DNA of 64,000 nt, taken from assembly GCF_006345805.1 (NCBI RefSeq), contig NC_043011.1, positions 7,812,001 through 7,876,000 of the forward strand, read 5' to 3'. Source of the DNA: Octopus sinensis. Taxonomy: Eukaryota. Of this stretch, positions 12,748 through 25,820 are shown piece after piece; positions within the stretch are counted from its first letter, which is position 1, and each line of letters opens with the position of its first letter. Position numbers and translations under genes: made by a program. The notes beneath the pieces were generated by a model. The model made no database searches. It worked only from the letters and a program-made list of their open reading frames with translations, and was not told the DNA's origin.

Positions 12748-13783
12748 ATCCTGGTTGGCACCGCCATCTCTGCTGCAATCATCAACATCTTCTACAACAT
12801 TACCAATGCTATTACCGACGGCACCGACATCCTCATTCTCTCCACATACAAAGCCGTTGTCTGTTCCACACCGTTTGAATGACAAGCAGATTTCGAAACG
12901 GTCAAACGTTCCTATCTCTTCCGACTGTTCAGATCGCCAAAATAATAATAATAATAAGTTGCATCGAGTTAATATCGCTTCCTTTCACGACTGGAGCGAG
13001 AAATCTTTAGAGAATGCTCCGGTTTCTAAAATTTATCAAGAAATGGCCACTTTGTCTTCAATATGTTCGTTGAGCGAATCTAATCAAAATGGATTATCAA
13101 GAGAAAACAATGGCAGACGACAGGTCGGCTGCCATAAACTCTTCTTGCCGGAAGGAACAGATTTGACTAAAGGAGAGAAAAATATAATAGCTGGTCTCTG
13201 CCGTAACCGAGGTTGTGTACTCCCACATATTGATGTCTCAAAGAAAGAGTCGAATTCTTCGTCTGAAAACTGTAAAAGAGTTAATATGAAAGGTAAAAAA
13301 ATAGTCAGTTATTTCCCTTCTATTCAGAACCTGGACAGCTCTTCAATGTTTTTACAAACCGTAAAAACCAATAAGAAAGAGGAATGCATTTATCATTGGT
13401 GGGAACAAAATCCGAATGTTGCAGCCAATTGTCTGCGCAAGTATAACGCATCGTGTGCCCTTCCGTTAGGAATGAACTATTTCAAAGACTATATGTCGTG
13501 TTTATTTTTAGATATGGGTTCGCAGATGTTTCATGCTGGCCGTAAGAATTCATCTTCGTCATCACCGTATGCATCGAGCGGGTCTTCTAGGAATCTTCAC
13601 GGAATCAAAGCACCGCCAAACACACCAAATTTAGAAGTTACCAATGCGAAAGATGGCAAAGTAAAGAATGGTAAAAGCAACAGAAAAGAAGTCAAGTTGG
13701 AAAATAGTAAAAAGAAAACCCATTTGGTAGTATATGTGCCGAAGGCTGAGGAAGACATTTGCGACAAAGATAGCAGAGATTAA
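12748..13783 (+). CDS. Probable terminal coding exon of an unrecognised protein
   Basis: Acceptor ttactcatttcag| at 12746-47, then about 344 open codons of non-repetitive sequence to TAA; Ser-rich start, Cys/Trp-containing middle, Lys-rich end; no family recognised; upstream exons not established. Confidence 0.6.
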
Positions 13784-14284
13784 ATGAAAAATTAGCAATA
13801 CTTTTGAAAGTTATGTCTACACGGGTTAAGAGCAGCCCAGAAGAAGAAACTGAGAAAACTTAGACAAGGTATTTTCATAAAAAAATACTGTCTACGAAGT
13901 AAGAAATATTTTTGTGGTATCTGTTCAATTAATGGATTTTACACTATTGTTATTGAACTGATGTCTTAGTGCTGTGTTGGCCAGTTTCTCAGGATAAAAG
14001 GAATTTCGTTTACGATTGGATTTCAATTCTCAGCAGACAATCTATCGCCTGCTTTGACACCACAACCTGGTCCATGAGAGATTTTTGTAGTGTCTGCTCT
14101 AATGTAAATATTCGGATTTCGTCTCTGATGAGATCTCCTTCGCCTGACCCCAATCAATCTTAGAAACCATGACAAGGCATGGTCACTACCCTTTAACTTC
14201 TAAGCCAATAATAACAACAACAACAACAACAACAACAATAATAATAATTATAGCAATAATAATAATTATTATTATTATAATTAT

Positions 14285-14465
14285 AAAGAAGCAAAGATAT
14301 AGAGAAATGGCTGAAGGAGATTGAAATAAAATACCCGATAGAACTCCTACAGAAAGTTTGTCCCTTAGGGACGGCAATGGTTATCGGGAGGAGGGTTCTA
14401 AGCACTTGAAAGACTGTTGAAAATTTGAGGAATATCAGGAATAAGATCGAACCTGGGCCAAACTA
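14285..14465 (+). mobile_element. 3' remnant of an RLE-type LINE
   Basis: SKDIEKWLKEIEIKYPIELLQKVCPLGTAMVI..VLST*; lies between two (AAT)n tracts. Confidence 0.6.
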
Positions 14466-14487
14466 AAATAACAACAATAATAATAAT

Positions 14488-14558
<71 letters not shown>

Positions 14559-14559
14559 T

Positions 14560-14810
14560 AATTCGTTTATTGGCCACAAGGGCTAACAAAAATCAAATAA
14601 AACATGTAAGGACAAAATACAGGACGAAAGTTACAAAAAGGGTTTTGTCCGTTTGAAAGGTCCGTGTAAAAATGCAAGATAACAACGAAAATATAACAAG
14701 TGAAAACTCCCAATAGCGGGGAGGCGCTTCGAAAGGTTACTCGTGGAAAAACCCATAAAAGCCACGGGAGCCTGGTCAAAAAGGGGGTAGAGAGCCCCTT
14801 TCTCCTTTTA
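14560..14810 (-). mobile_element. LINE-like 3' UTR fragment
   Basis: Ends TTAGCCCTTGTGGCCAATAAACGAAT followed by (TAT)n; a similar fragment is at 48890-49130 (+). Confidence 0.45.
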
Positions 14811-14879
14811 TATTACCTTTTTTTTTTACAGGTGCATCCTCAGAATTGGTCCGTTCATACTGGCCATTCTTCTGACATT

Positions 14880-15095
14880 CACCCAGCTTTCAATAAATTT
14901 GCTACGAGACAGAATAGTAATGTGGGCAATGAAGAAAGTAGACGTGACACCAATTGGTGCGTTTGAAAGCACCAGTAAAGAACTTCCGACATGGCTCGAA
15001 AAGTGATTGGAACGAACGTAAAGATGAGAACTCCTTCAAAAATCATCATTGCTTTGAACTGCAAGAGTTCTCCGCAGGGTTCTTGAAGCATGACC
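14880..15095 (+). mobile_element. 3' remnant of an RLE-type LINE
   Basis: WAMKKVDVTPIGA...KELPTWLEK...ARVLRRVLEA*, across frameshifts. Confidence 0.55.
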
Positions 15096-16019
15096 AGTAA
15101 ACAAGTGTCACCTTAGTCTGCTGGGTGTGGTCAACTGGCACTTTCCTCTTCTTTGTAATTGTTACAACTGCTAGAAAGAGTGACTAAATTTTCCTCAAAA
15201 TCATATCCTACTGTCTTAAAAAGAAACAAGGAAGGCGCGGTTGGATTGCACAGTTCTTGATGTATTTTGATTGACCGACTTAATAGAAAAAGAAGGAGAG
15301 TCATAGCTGGAGCGCCTTTGATTTTAAAAGGGTCTGCTTGATGAGGACTGATCAGAGCCTAAACAACAATAACAACACTCATTAATTAACGTACCCCTTC
15401 CCCCCATACACACATACACATTGTTAATACCGTGACAGAACAATACGGAAAACCATCTGGAGTCACAAGATGGGTGCGGAGTGAAAAGAAGATTGCAAAC
15501 CGCACCGAGTGACATCATCAGAGGTTGAAATACGACAATGACTCGCTATAAAACACAGAGGTCGCGTCTCAAAAGACAATTTATTATATTTTATAGAAAT
15601 AATATCTTATTGATCTCGCTCCGAATAATGCCGAAACTTACTAATAATTTCTACATGGTAATACAATACGATAACAAGACATTAGTTACAGAATGTGTCA
15701 ATACAATAACGACTTCTTTCAAAGAGAAGACGAACTGCATTTTTGCGGTAAAATTTTCAATGATAGAATGGCGAGCCATGCCTAAATGGTATCTGCAATT
15801 GCTGCCAGAAAGAGGGAGATTTTACTAAAATGTAAATCAGTCTTATGGAAAACATTGCTATGTATACATCTTAAATTTTATGTAGTAAAAACTCCGAATG
15901 AAGTAATAGCTGATTTTTCCTACGTAACATAGGTATGTTGTCATCTGGACTTTGATTAATGGAAAAGTTTCAAACGTTTTAGAGGATTCAAGCAGTTATC
16001 ATATATATATATATATTAC

Positions 16020-16407
16020 CCAAATGATATTGGCATTATGTTTACAATTCACCCAAGACAAGGCCCCCGTGCAACGCGTTCCTTACAAAGGTCGAGATCA
16101 CATCACATAAAAACATTGCGAGACAATTTCTTCACTGCAAATGATCCTGAACTTTTCAGTGTTATCCCAAAAGAAATTAAAGTAGAAAAAGACCCCAAAA
16201 TTTCAAATGGTACCTGGACAAATTCCTCCAGAAAATACCGGATAAACCACCTACACCTGGATACGCCTCAATCAACAACAACAACTCTCTGCTTGAGTGG
16301 TCTTTGGTGTCCCGAAATAATTAATTAAATGACTTTTCCAAGTGGGGTGCTACTGAGTTAGTCATGGCCTGGGCCGATTTCGGCCGAAACCATCGAAGTT
16401 ATCTAAG

Positions 16408-16410
<3 letters not shown>
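16020..16410 (+). mobile_element. CR1/L2-like LINE 3' end
   Basis: TLRDNFFT..PELFSVIPKEIK, then after a shift FKWYLDKFLQKIPDKPPTPGY...NSLLEW. Confidence 0.7.
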
Positions 16411-16453
<43 letters not shown>

Positions 16454-16602
16454 CTATATATATATATATATATATATATACTACAAAATTAGAAAATGGA
16501 GAAACATACTTAAATCAATAAAACATCAACTATCAGATGATACCCAATCAATACTTTATTACACCATTACATATCAGTAAAGGCATTATACTATCAGATG
16601 AT

Positions 16603-16703
<101 letters not shown>

Positions 16704-16786
16704 TATATATATTATATATAATATATATTATATATTATATATTATATATTATATATTATATATTATAAATGTATATAACGCGTTGC

Positions 16787-16876
16787 AGCTTGGGCAAGTG
16801 TCTTCTACTATAGCCTCGGGCCGACCAAAGCCTTGTGAATGGATTTGGTAGACGGAAACTAAAAGAAGCCCGTCGT

Positions 16877-16917
<41 letters not shown>

Positions 16918-17125
16918 TGTGTCTGTGTTTGTCCTGCCAACATCGCTTGACAACCGATGCTGGTGTGTTTACGTCCTCGTAACTTAGCGGTTCGGCAAAA
17001 GAGACCGATAGAATAAGTACCAGGCTTACAAAGAATAAGTCCTGTGGTCGATTTGCTCTCGACTAAAGGCGGTGCTCCAGCATGGCCACAGTCAAATGAC
17101 TGAAATAAGTAAAGAGTAAAAGAGC
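16787..17125 (+). mobile_element. SINE family A, 5'-truncated
   Basis: Starts at cttgggcaagtg. Confidence 0.85.
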
Positions 17126-17468
17126 ATATACATATAAGTCTGATTGTGATGGCCATTAGATATTATATATTATTATTATATAACATTATATTATATTATA
17201 TTATATTATATTATATTATATTATATTATATTATACGTTATATTTATACATATTTATATTCATATATAATATCTATTCATATATATACATATTTATGTGT
17301 ATGTGTGTGTATGTACGTTAGGTAGATGAATACATAGGGGAAACCTTATTGACCAATTGCATAGTCAAATGTTCAGACATTGCTCTTAGTTATCTTTAGT
17401 GCTGCTATTGGATTGCCGATGTGCATGTAAGTACACACTGTGCATACGCGTGCACACACACAGACACA

Positions 17469-17513
<45 letters not shown>

Positions 17514-18294
17514 CTATTTTTTCTAGTTATTCCTTAAATATTTTTGTATCATTCTAAATGTCGTTTCTAAATCTCACAACGTGAGATATTCAGCAACAGT
17601 ACTTTGGAGTAAAGATTCGAAAATATAAGAACACAGATAGTGTCGTCGTATAGCCAGCTGGAGACGATGTCTCCTGGGGCTAAATTACAGCAACATTCGT
17701 CCTAAACCAGAACTGCCATGTTATGTTGGCAAAAATCTTTACTCCAAAGGACTGTTGCTGGATATCTCTCGTTGTGAGATTTGAAAATAGTTCTTTTCCA
17801 AACTAACAAAATATTTAATACTGCAAGATTCAGCCTTTGTCTTTACTTTTTTCTTTTCTTTTATTCTTTTTTATTTTGACTTTTAAACATTACGGCTGCT
17901 ACATAAGCGCTTATAATTTATTCCTTAAGAAAACTACTTGGTGTTTTCTTCCCCTTTTTTTAATTACTCAATCATGTAAATTTTATTTGTCTCCGATTTT
18001 TATATGTGATATTTATTTTCTTTATCTCTTGTTTTAAATTAGTTTGCAAATAAAAATGCATTATTATTAAGTATTACTTCTATTGTTATAATTTCTGCTA
18101 AATTGAATTAGAAATTAGAAAAAAGTTCACACTTGTGTGGATTTAATCGTATTGATCAGCATATACGCGCAAAGCTGGAAATGTTAATGACGTCAATCTC
18201 TGAATCCATATTCTGGAAATAAAGTTACGGAAACAGTGGTTTCCGATCGTATTTATTAAAAATAGGTATGTATAATAACGTATCTATTCATTAC

Positions 18295-18580
18295 CTCCGC
18301 CTTGGCGAAGGCGGATATATTGTTTTCAGTTGTGTTTGTTTGTTTGTCCTTGATCAAGATACCTCAAAACCCCTGGATGGATTCGGATGAAACTTTCAGA
18401 GACGTTTGGCCTCGTGAGTGGTACGAACTGATTAGATTTTGGGATCAATCCGGTATCGGACAAGGATTCTGGATTATTTGTTATATTTACTTTATTTGCA
18501 TGAAGTATTACGATCTTACGTTCACTTTCAAGTCTTTCATTGATTATCTCCCTTGAAAGCACGCTCAGGGTTTCCACGTA
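18295..18580 (+). mobile_element. Helentron-associated (HINE-like) element fragment
   Basis: TTACCTCCGCCTTGGCGAAGGCGG hairpin, (GTTT)n, then GGAT.....GGATGAAACTT; recognised from general HINE architecture. Confidence 0.45.
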
Positions 18581-19418
18581 AGTTATGGCGGCGTTGCTGT
18601 TTCCAAACTACATAAGTAAACGGCAGCAAAACCGTTCTGAAATTAAATAACACTAACATATTCAGTAACAAAAATAAATTCAATTTATCTTTGATAATTT
18701 TTAGTTTTACCAGTTTTTAATATATCGCTCCTGTTTAAGACCTTTTACCTACTTGACAATTGCATTTCTAGTTATTAATAAGTCCTGGCAAATCTGGATG
18801 TGAGTAAGTCCATTTAGGCAGATAAATCAGTGTCTCAATGTCTCCTCCCACCAGTGTGTGTCTTGTGTTGTGAATACACATCGTTTAAAAGGACATAGTG
18901 TTCACCGGTGACAAAAACAACAGCGTTCAGCGTATTCGCATTGAATCTATCAGAACGTATTAAGAATGTATAAATACGTTATTGTTTAACTTCTTGTTGA
19001 TCTACGTGCACCGCATGAATTGTTACCGGTTTGGTAAATGTTTGGCGGGCATCACCCTGTATCAGCAAATAATTTGTTTGTGGTTTTGTATAAGAGCCTG
19101 TGCTCTAATTAGATTCATCAGTTAGGCGGAGTAAAAGTGACTGAAGAGGCACACAATAAAATCAAAATACTGCGGCGTCTCGAAGTCCACTTACACCGAT
19201 GAATCCTGTGTGCTATAAACATATATAGCCTAAAGAGAGGAGGTATTCTCCGATGAGGAAAAGCAACAGGGATCAGATATTCAGATTCGAATCTGCCAGG
19301 AGGTATTAAGAATGAAGAGGAGATGCGTTGTTGGTTGGCTTATGTATTGTTCTTTGAAAAAAAAAAAAAAAAAGATTGGCACAGCCGTGCAGAGAAGGGT
19401 GAAGAGAAGAGAAAAGAG

Positions 19419-19830
19419 AAGGCGGCGAGCTGGCAGAAACGTTAGCGCGCCGGGTGAAATGCCTAGCGGTATTTCGCCTGCCGCAACGTTCTGAGTTCAA
19501 ATTCCGCCGAGGTCGACTTTGCCTTTCATCCTTTCGCAGTTGATTAAATAAGTACCCGTTACGCACTGGGGTCGATATAATCGACTTAATCCGTTTGTTT
19601 GTCCTTGTTTGTCCTCTCTGTGTTTAGCCCCTTGTGGTAGTAATGAAGTAGAAATAGGTATTTCGTCTGCCGTTACGTTGTGAGTTCAAATACCACCGAG
19701 ATCGACTTTGCCTTTCATCCTTTCGGGATCGATAAATTAAGTACGTTACGCACTGGGGTCGATGTAATCGACTTAATCCCTTTGTCTGTCTTTGTTGGTC
19801 TCCTCTATGTTTCGCCCCTTGTGGGCAATA
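19419..19830 (+). mobile_element. SINE family B, tandem dimer
   Basis: Full copy followed by a second, headless copy. Confidence 0.85.
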
Positions 19831-19842
19831 AAGAAATAAGAA

Positions 19843-20790
<948 letters not shown>

Positions 20791-20871
20791 ATAAGTGTGC
20801 ATAATTCTCTGGCAAGGCATTGATCGGCCCAGGACTATTAGGAGAAGAAACTTGTCCAAAATACCTGTTTC

Positions 20872-21045
20872 TTTACTACCCACAAGGGGCTAAACACAGA
20901 GAGCACAAACAAGGACAGACAAACGGATTAAGTCGATTACATCGACCCCAGTGCGTAACTGGTACTTAATTTATCGACCCCGAAAGGATGAAAGGCAAAG
21001 TCGACCTCGGCGGAATTTGAACTCAGAGCGTCACGGCAGACGGAA
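20872..21045 (-). mobile_element. SINE family B, partial
   Basis: Reverse-complement match; about 380 bp upstream of the ADAM17 ATG. Confidence 0.85.
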
Positions 21046-21422
21046 TTACGAAGCGAACGTTTTTTTTTACCCAAACACCCACGTCAGCCCTTTACGTACA
21101 ATTTCGTTGAAATAAAAGCAAGATAAAAAAAAAAAAAACGGAATCCCACAGTTTTAGCTAGATTCCACCTGGATTTGAACCATAACACGGCGAAGCATAG
21201 AAACAGTGAGGTGAAGTCGGAGGTGGTGGTGGAGGAGGAATCGAGAAGTGAAACTGACTCACTCTTTTGTTTGTGTAACGTTAAGCGTCTAGAGTAGCCT
21301 CCCCCTGAATGCCGCACTCTTCTTTTCAGGCAGGGTGTTGTCTCCTGCCTAAACCATCCTGTTTAGTAATTAGTAATAGTTATTAATTAATTAATTAGCT
21401 TTAATTAGTTCAGTTCCTCGTT

Positions 21423-21498
21423 ATGATGGATTATTGCCATGTAACAATATACGTGTTATTTCTTTGTCTCGCTGCGTGTGGTTTCGTTCCCGTCTCTG
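21423..21498 (+). CDS. ADAM17: ADAM17-like protease, coding exon 1 (signal peptide)
   Basis: ATG then [25 protein letters not shown] (hydrophobic signal peptide), donor G|GTAAGT, phase 1; joins exon 2 in frame. Confidence 0.8.
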
Positions 21499-21607
21499 GT
21501 AAGTTGAAATGCATGTTTGTACACACACACACACCTATACATACAAACAAACATACATACATACATATACATAAATACATACACACACGCACACGCACAC
21601 ACACATA

Positions 21608-21666
<59 letters not shown>

Positions 21667-21680
21667 TATATATATGTGTG

Positions 21681-21736
<56 letters not shown>

Positions 21737-21769
21737 AGTTAGGTACAAAAATTTCAGGGTGGATATATG

Positions 21770-21808
<39 letters not shown>

Positions 21809-22125
21809 GTATGTATGTATACACACAAAATTACTCGTGTGTAACCTCTCTGACATCTGAAGACATGGGATTTTGTGGCTTTCATGCGTCTCTTGAGAGA
21901 ACTTTGACATCGTACATGAAGTGATGAAGTGGAGAAAGCAACAACTGGGACAGGAAGCAAGTTCATTCTCACCTCATATCTCGGTCTTTTACGACTTCGT
22001 AATTGTTTATACAGGCTCATATGTAACAAATACATGTACACATTCAACACACTCATAAACATACACACATAAACAAACGTATATGCACATAATATACTAC
22101 ACAGATATATATATATATAATATAT

Positions 22126-22171
<46 letters not shown>

Positions 22172-22314
22172 GAGTTGTAGTGCACCTGAGCACTGTACAC
22201 AATATTTTTGTTATTATTATATATACTCCTACACACATGTACATACTCATAAATATACGTACACACGACTATATATAAACACATACGCAAATATATATAT
22301 ATATGTATATATAT

Positions 22315-22346
<32 letters not shown>

Positions 22347-22392
22347 TACATACTCACACGACTATATATAAACACATGCAAATATATATCAA

Positions 22393-22425
<33 letters not shown>

Positions 22426-22783
22426 TACATACACACATGACTATATATAAACGCATACACAAATATACATGCACAAACACACACCTTGATTGTTTTTAAC
22501 TGTAAAATATATTTGATGCCGCGAGGAAAAAGAAACTACCATTCCAAGAACCCTTTTAGAGATGCAGTATTTCAGGAAGTAAAGCTTTCGTTTTTTAACT
22601 GTTTTTGGCGCAATCCAGGGATGAACGTCACTACTTCATGGGTGAAGAATTAGAGGAAGTTGGTGTCACAAAATAACATCTCAGTCATATTTGATATTTT
22701 TAAAGAAATGTTGTGGTCTTTATTGACTTTCTTAAAGATATATATTAAGTTGAGATTATGGCTCCAGCTAGGATATCAAGTAC

Positions 22784-23055
22784 CGCGCGCAAGTGTCTTT
22801 CTCTATAGCCCCAGGCCGACCAAAGCCTTGTGAGTGGATTTGGTAGACGGAAACTGAAAGAAGCCTGTCGTATATATATATGTGTGTGTGTGTGTGTATT
22901 TAGCAATCGATGCTGATGTCTATAAGTCCCTTAAGGTAGCGGTTCGAAAAATAGAGGCCGATAGAATAAGTCCTGGGGTCGATTTCTTCGACTAAAATTC
23001 CTTCAAGGTGGTGCTCCAGCATGGCCGCAGTCAAATGACGGAAACAAGTAAAAGA
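22784..23055 (+). mobile_element. SINE family A, 5'-truncated
   Basis: Consensus match. Confidence 0.8.
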
Positions 23056-23152
23056 ATATTAGACAAAAGAAATATCTATCTATCTACATAATATCGAGGT
23101 CTCTTTCATTCTTTTGTTGTCTTACCATTTCTATCAATATATATATATATAT

Positions 23153-23655
23153 ACTAGCAGTATCGCCCGGCGTTGCTCGGGTTTGTAAGGGAAATAACTA
23201 TATAAGCATTTTTAGAGAGTTACTTCCCTTATAAATTCGGGCTTTCTTAGCCATTTCTGTTTTGGTGTCTTCAAGCCATGAAGTCGTTGTTCTAAAAGAA
23301 CGCTGGTTCCTTCACAACGCATTACGACGTTGTTTTCTTTACACTCCCTTCCCCACAGCTTCACGAGGGAGGGAAGGGGGAGAAGCAAACAGGTGCAGCT
23401 GTGAGCGTGGACGCCAACTCCGCCGCCATCGACATACGATGCATTTTATGCATTAAAATGGAATAAAAAATGATGTTAAATTATTTTTAAAATCGTTGAC
23501 TCATCGTTGACGCGCGCTAATACTCAGACGGGCTCGATATGAATCACGACTATAAGATACCCGAATTTGGTTAAACTGCACCGCAAAATGTGGGAGGAGT
23601 TAGGAATCTAAATCGAAGGGGACAGACACTCACACAACTAGAGTTTTATATATAT
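23153..23655 (+). mobile_element. Helitron/Helentron-like non-autonomous element, copy 1
   Basis: Begins ACTAGCAGTATCGCCCGGCGTTGCTCGGG, ends CAGACACTCACACAACTAGAGTTTTATATATA; no TIR or TSD; inserted in (TA)n; class assignment is from terminal style only. Confidence 0.6.
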
Positions 23656-23772
23656 ATATATGTATATATATTACACACACACATATACATACATGCATCC
23701 ATACATACACGCACGAACGGGAGAAAGTTTCTATTGTTTGACAGAAAAAGTCCTCAGTTTCAAATGAACATA

Positions 23773-24292
23773 TCTATATATATAAAACTGTAGTTGTGTG
23801 AGTGTCTGTCCCCTTCGATTTAGATTCCTAACTCCTCCCACATTTTGCGGTGCAGTTTAACCAAATTCGGGTATCTTATAGTCGTGATTAATATCGAGCC
23901 CGTCTGAGTATTAGCGCGCGTCTACGATGAGTCTACGATTTTAAAAATAATTTAACATCATTTTTTATTCCATTTTAATGCATAAAAATTTTTCGTGTGT
24001 CGATGGCGGCGGAGTTGGCGTCCACGCTCAAACACCTGCACCTGTGTTTGCTTCTCCCCCTTCTTCCCTCCTCGTGAAGCTGTGGGGAAGGGAGTGTAAG
24101 GAAATCAACGTCGTAATGCGTTGTCAAGGAGACCAGCGTTCTTTTAGAACAACAACTTCATGGCTTGAAGACACCAAAACAGAAATGGCTAAGAAAGCCC
24201 GAATTGGCATCTATAGGGAAGTAACTCTCTAAAAATGCTTATATAGTTATTTCCCTTACAAACCGAGCAGCAACGCGGGCGATACTGCTAGT
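23773..24292 (-). mobile_element. Helitron/Helentron-like element, copy 2 (inverted)
   Basis: Reverse complement of 23153-23655 over the whole length. Confidence 0.6.
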
Positions 24293-24638
24293 ATATATAT
24301 ATATATTATATATATATATCAATAATAATAATGGGTAAAATTAATTAATTAGTAATTAATCATTCTACCAAGTAGTGTTCAGCATATTAAAAGGACCATT
24401 TACGGTAAACTTAAACATTACTTTATATAATTATGAGTATAATTATAATTAGGGTTCAGCAAAAAAGTTTGCTTTGCCACATACCGAACTTTTAAAAATA
24501 GCAGCCAAAGAGCTTAGCTATTTCTTCTACTATAAGATTCTCGCAGACAATGTATACTCAAAAACAATTCACGTCGGCATAGAGGGAAAAATAACGAAAA
24601 ATCACCCGGCATTTGATATATATATATATATATATATA

Positions 24639-24759
24639 TTTTATAGAAGGAGCTTCTACAGGACTAGAACTGTTTCATTCAAAAGAAATCCTCAGGAAGC
24701 TTCCTGATGATTTCTTTTGAATGAAACAGTTCTAGTCCTGTAGAAGCTCTTCTATAAAA
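24639..24759. repeat. 121-bp near-perfect palindrome (Penelope-like foldback)
   Basis: Arms mirror around AAGCTT (24697-702); each strand carries CTGA(T/G)GA...GAAAC...GTC. Confidence 0.85.
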
Positions 24760-24832
24760 TAAATTAATTTACTCTGCTATGTATTGAGTACCTTATTTAC
24801 TGTGGTTAACCCCGACTCAACCCGGGACCTAC

Positions 24833-24864
<32 letters not shown>

Positions 24865-24967
24865 GGCCTTCTAACGTCGAGACTTATTCTGAAAGAAGAA
24901 AATTCGTAGCTAATTCTTCATCAGTTGTCATCATTTATGTTTTTATATTTATAATATATAATATGTT

Positions 24968-24999
<32 letters not shown>

Positions 25000-25014
25000 A
25001 TATATAATATGTTG

Positions 25015-25109
<95 letters not shown>

Positions 25110-25704
25110 ATATATATAATCACAGTATTCCTTGAATATATGTGTTTATTTATATTTGTCTGTGTGTGTATTATACACACATTTTGAGTACTTCGGTTCA
25201 CGGTGTCCAATATAACTGTGACGAATTTTGTCACATTTTAATCGTGACAAAAAGAAAAAAAACCCAATTAAACCTTTACGTTTTGGGACGAAGGTAAACG
25301 GATTTTGCAAACCCTGACAACTAAAAAATTCCCACACACACACCCGGATAGAAAGATACTTTTGTAGTTGTGGCCGATGTTGTATTTACTAAAGGATTGA
25401 TACGAGTGTATGACAGTTGAATGGCGAGCCTTGTCGCAGAATGCCCATAACTACTTCCTCGTTGGAGACGAGGAATTAAGAGGTGGATCACAGATGGCAC
25501 TGCATTGCCGTTACGTTCTGAGTTCGAATCCCGCCGAGGTCGACTTTGCCTTTCATCCTTTCGGGGTCGATTAAATGAGTACCTGTTACACACTGGGGTC
25601 GATATAATCGACTTAATCTGTTTGTTTGTCCTTGTTTGTCCCCCCCCCCTTGTGTTTAGCCCCTTGTGGGTAGTAATGAAATAATTACTTCTCTCTCGGG
25701 TCCT

Positions 25705-25740
<36 letters not shown>

Positions 25741-25820
25741 AGAAAAATATAAAAGACACGAAAGGTGGGTGAGAAAAACAGAACTTTTATAGGGAATACA
25801 TACGTGTGTATCATCTTATC

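Noticed and set aside
21120-21200. Minus-strand B-box-like GGTTCAAATCC followed by a T-run
   Set aside because: No A-box or cloverleaf could be built; not enough to call a Pol III gene.
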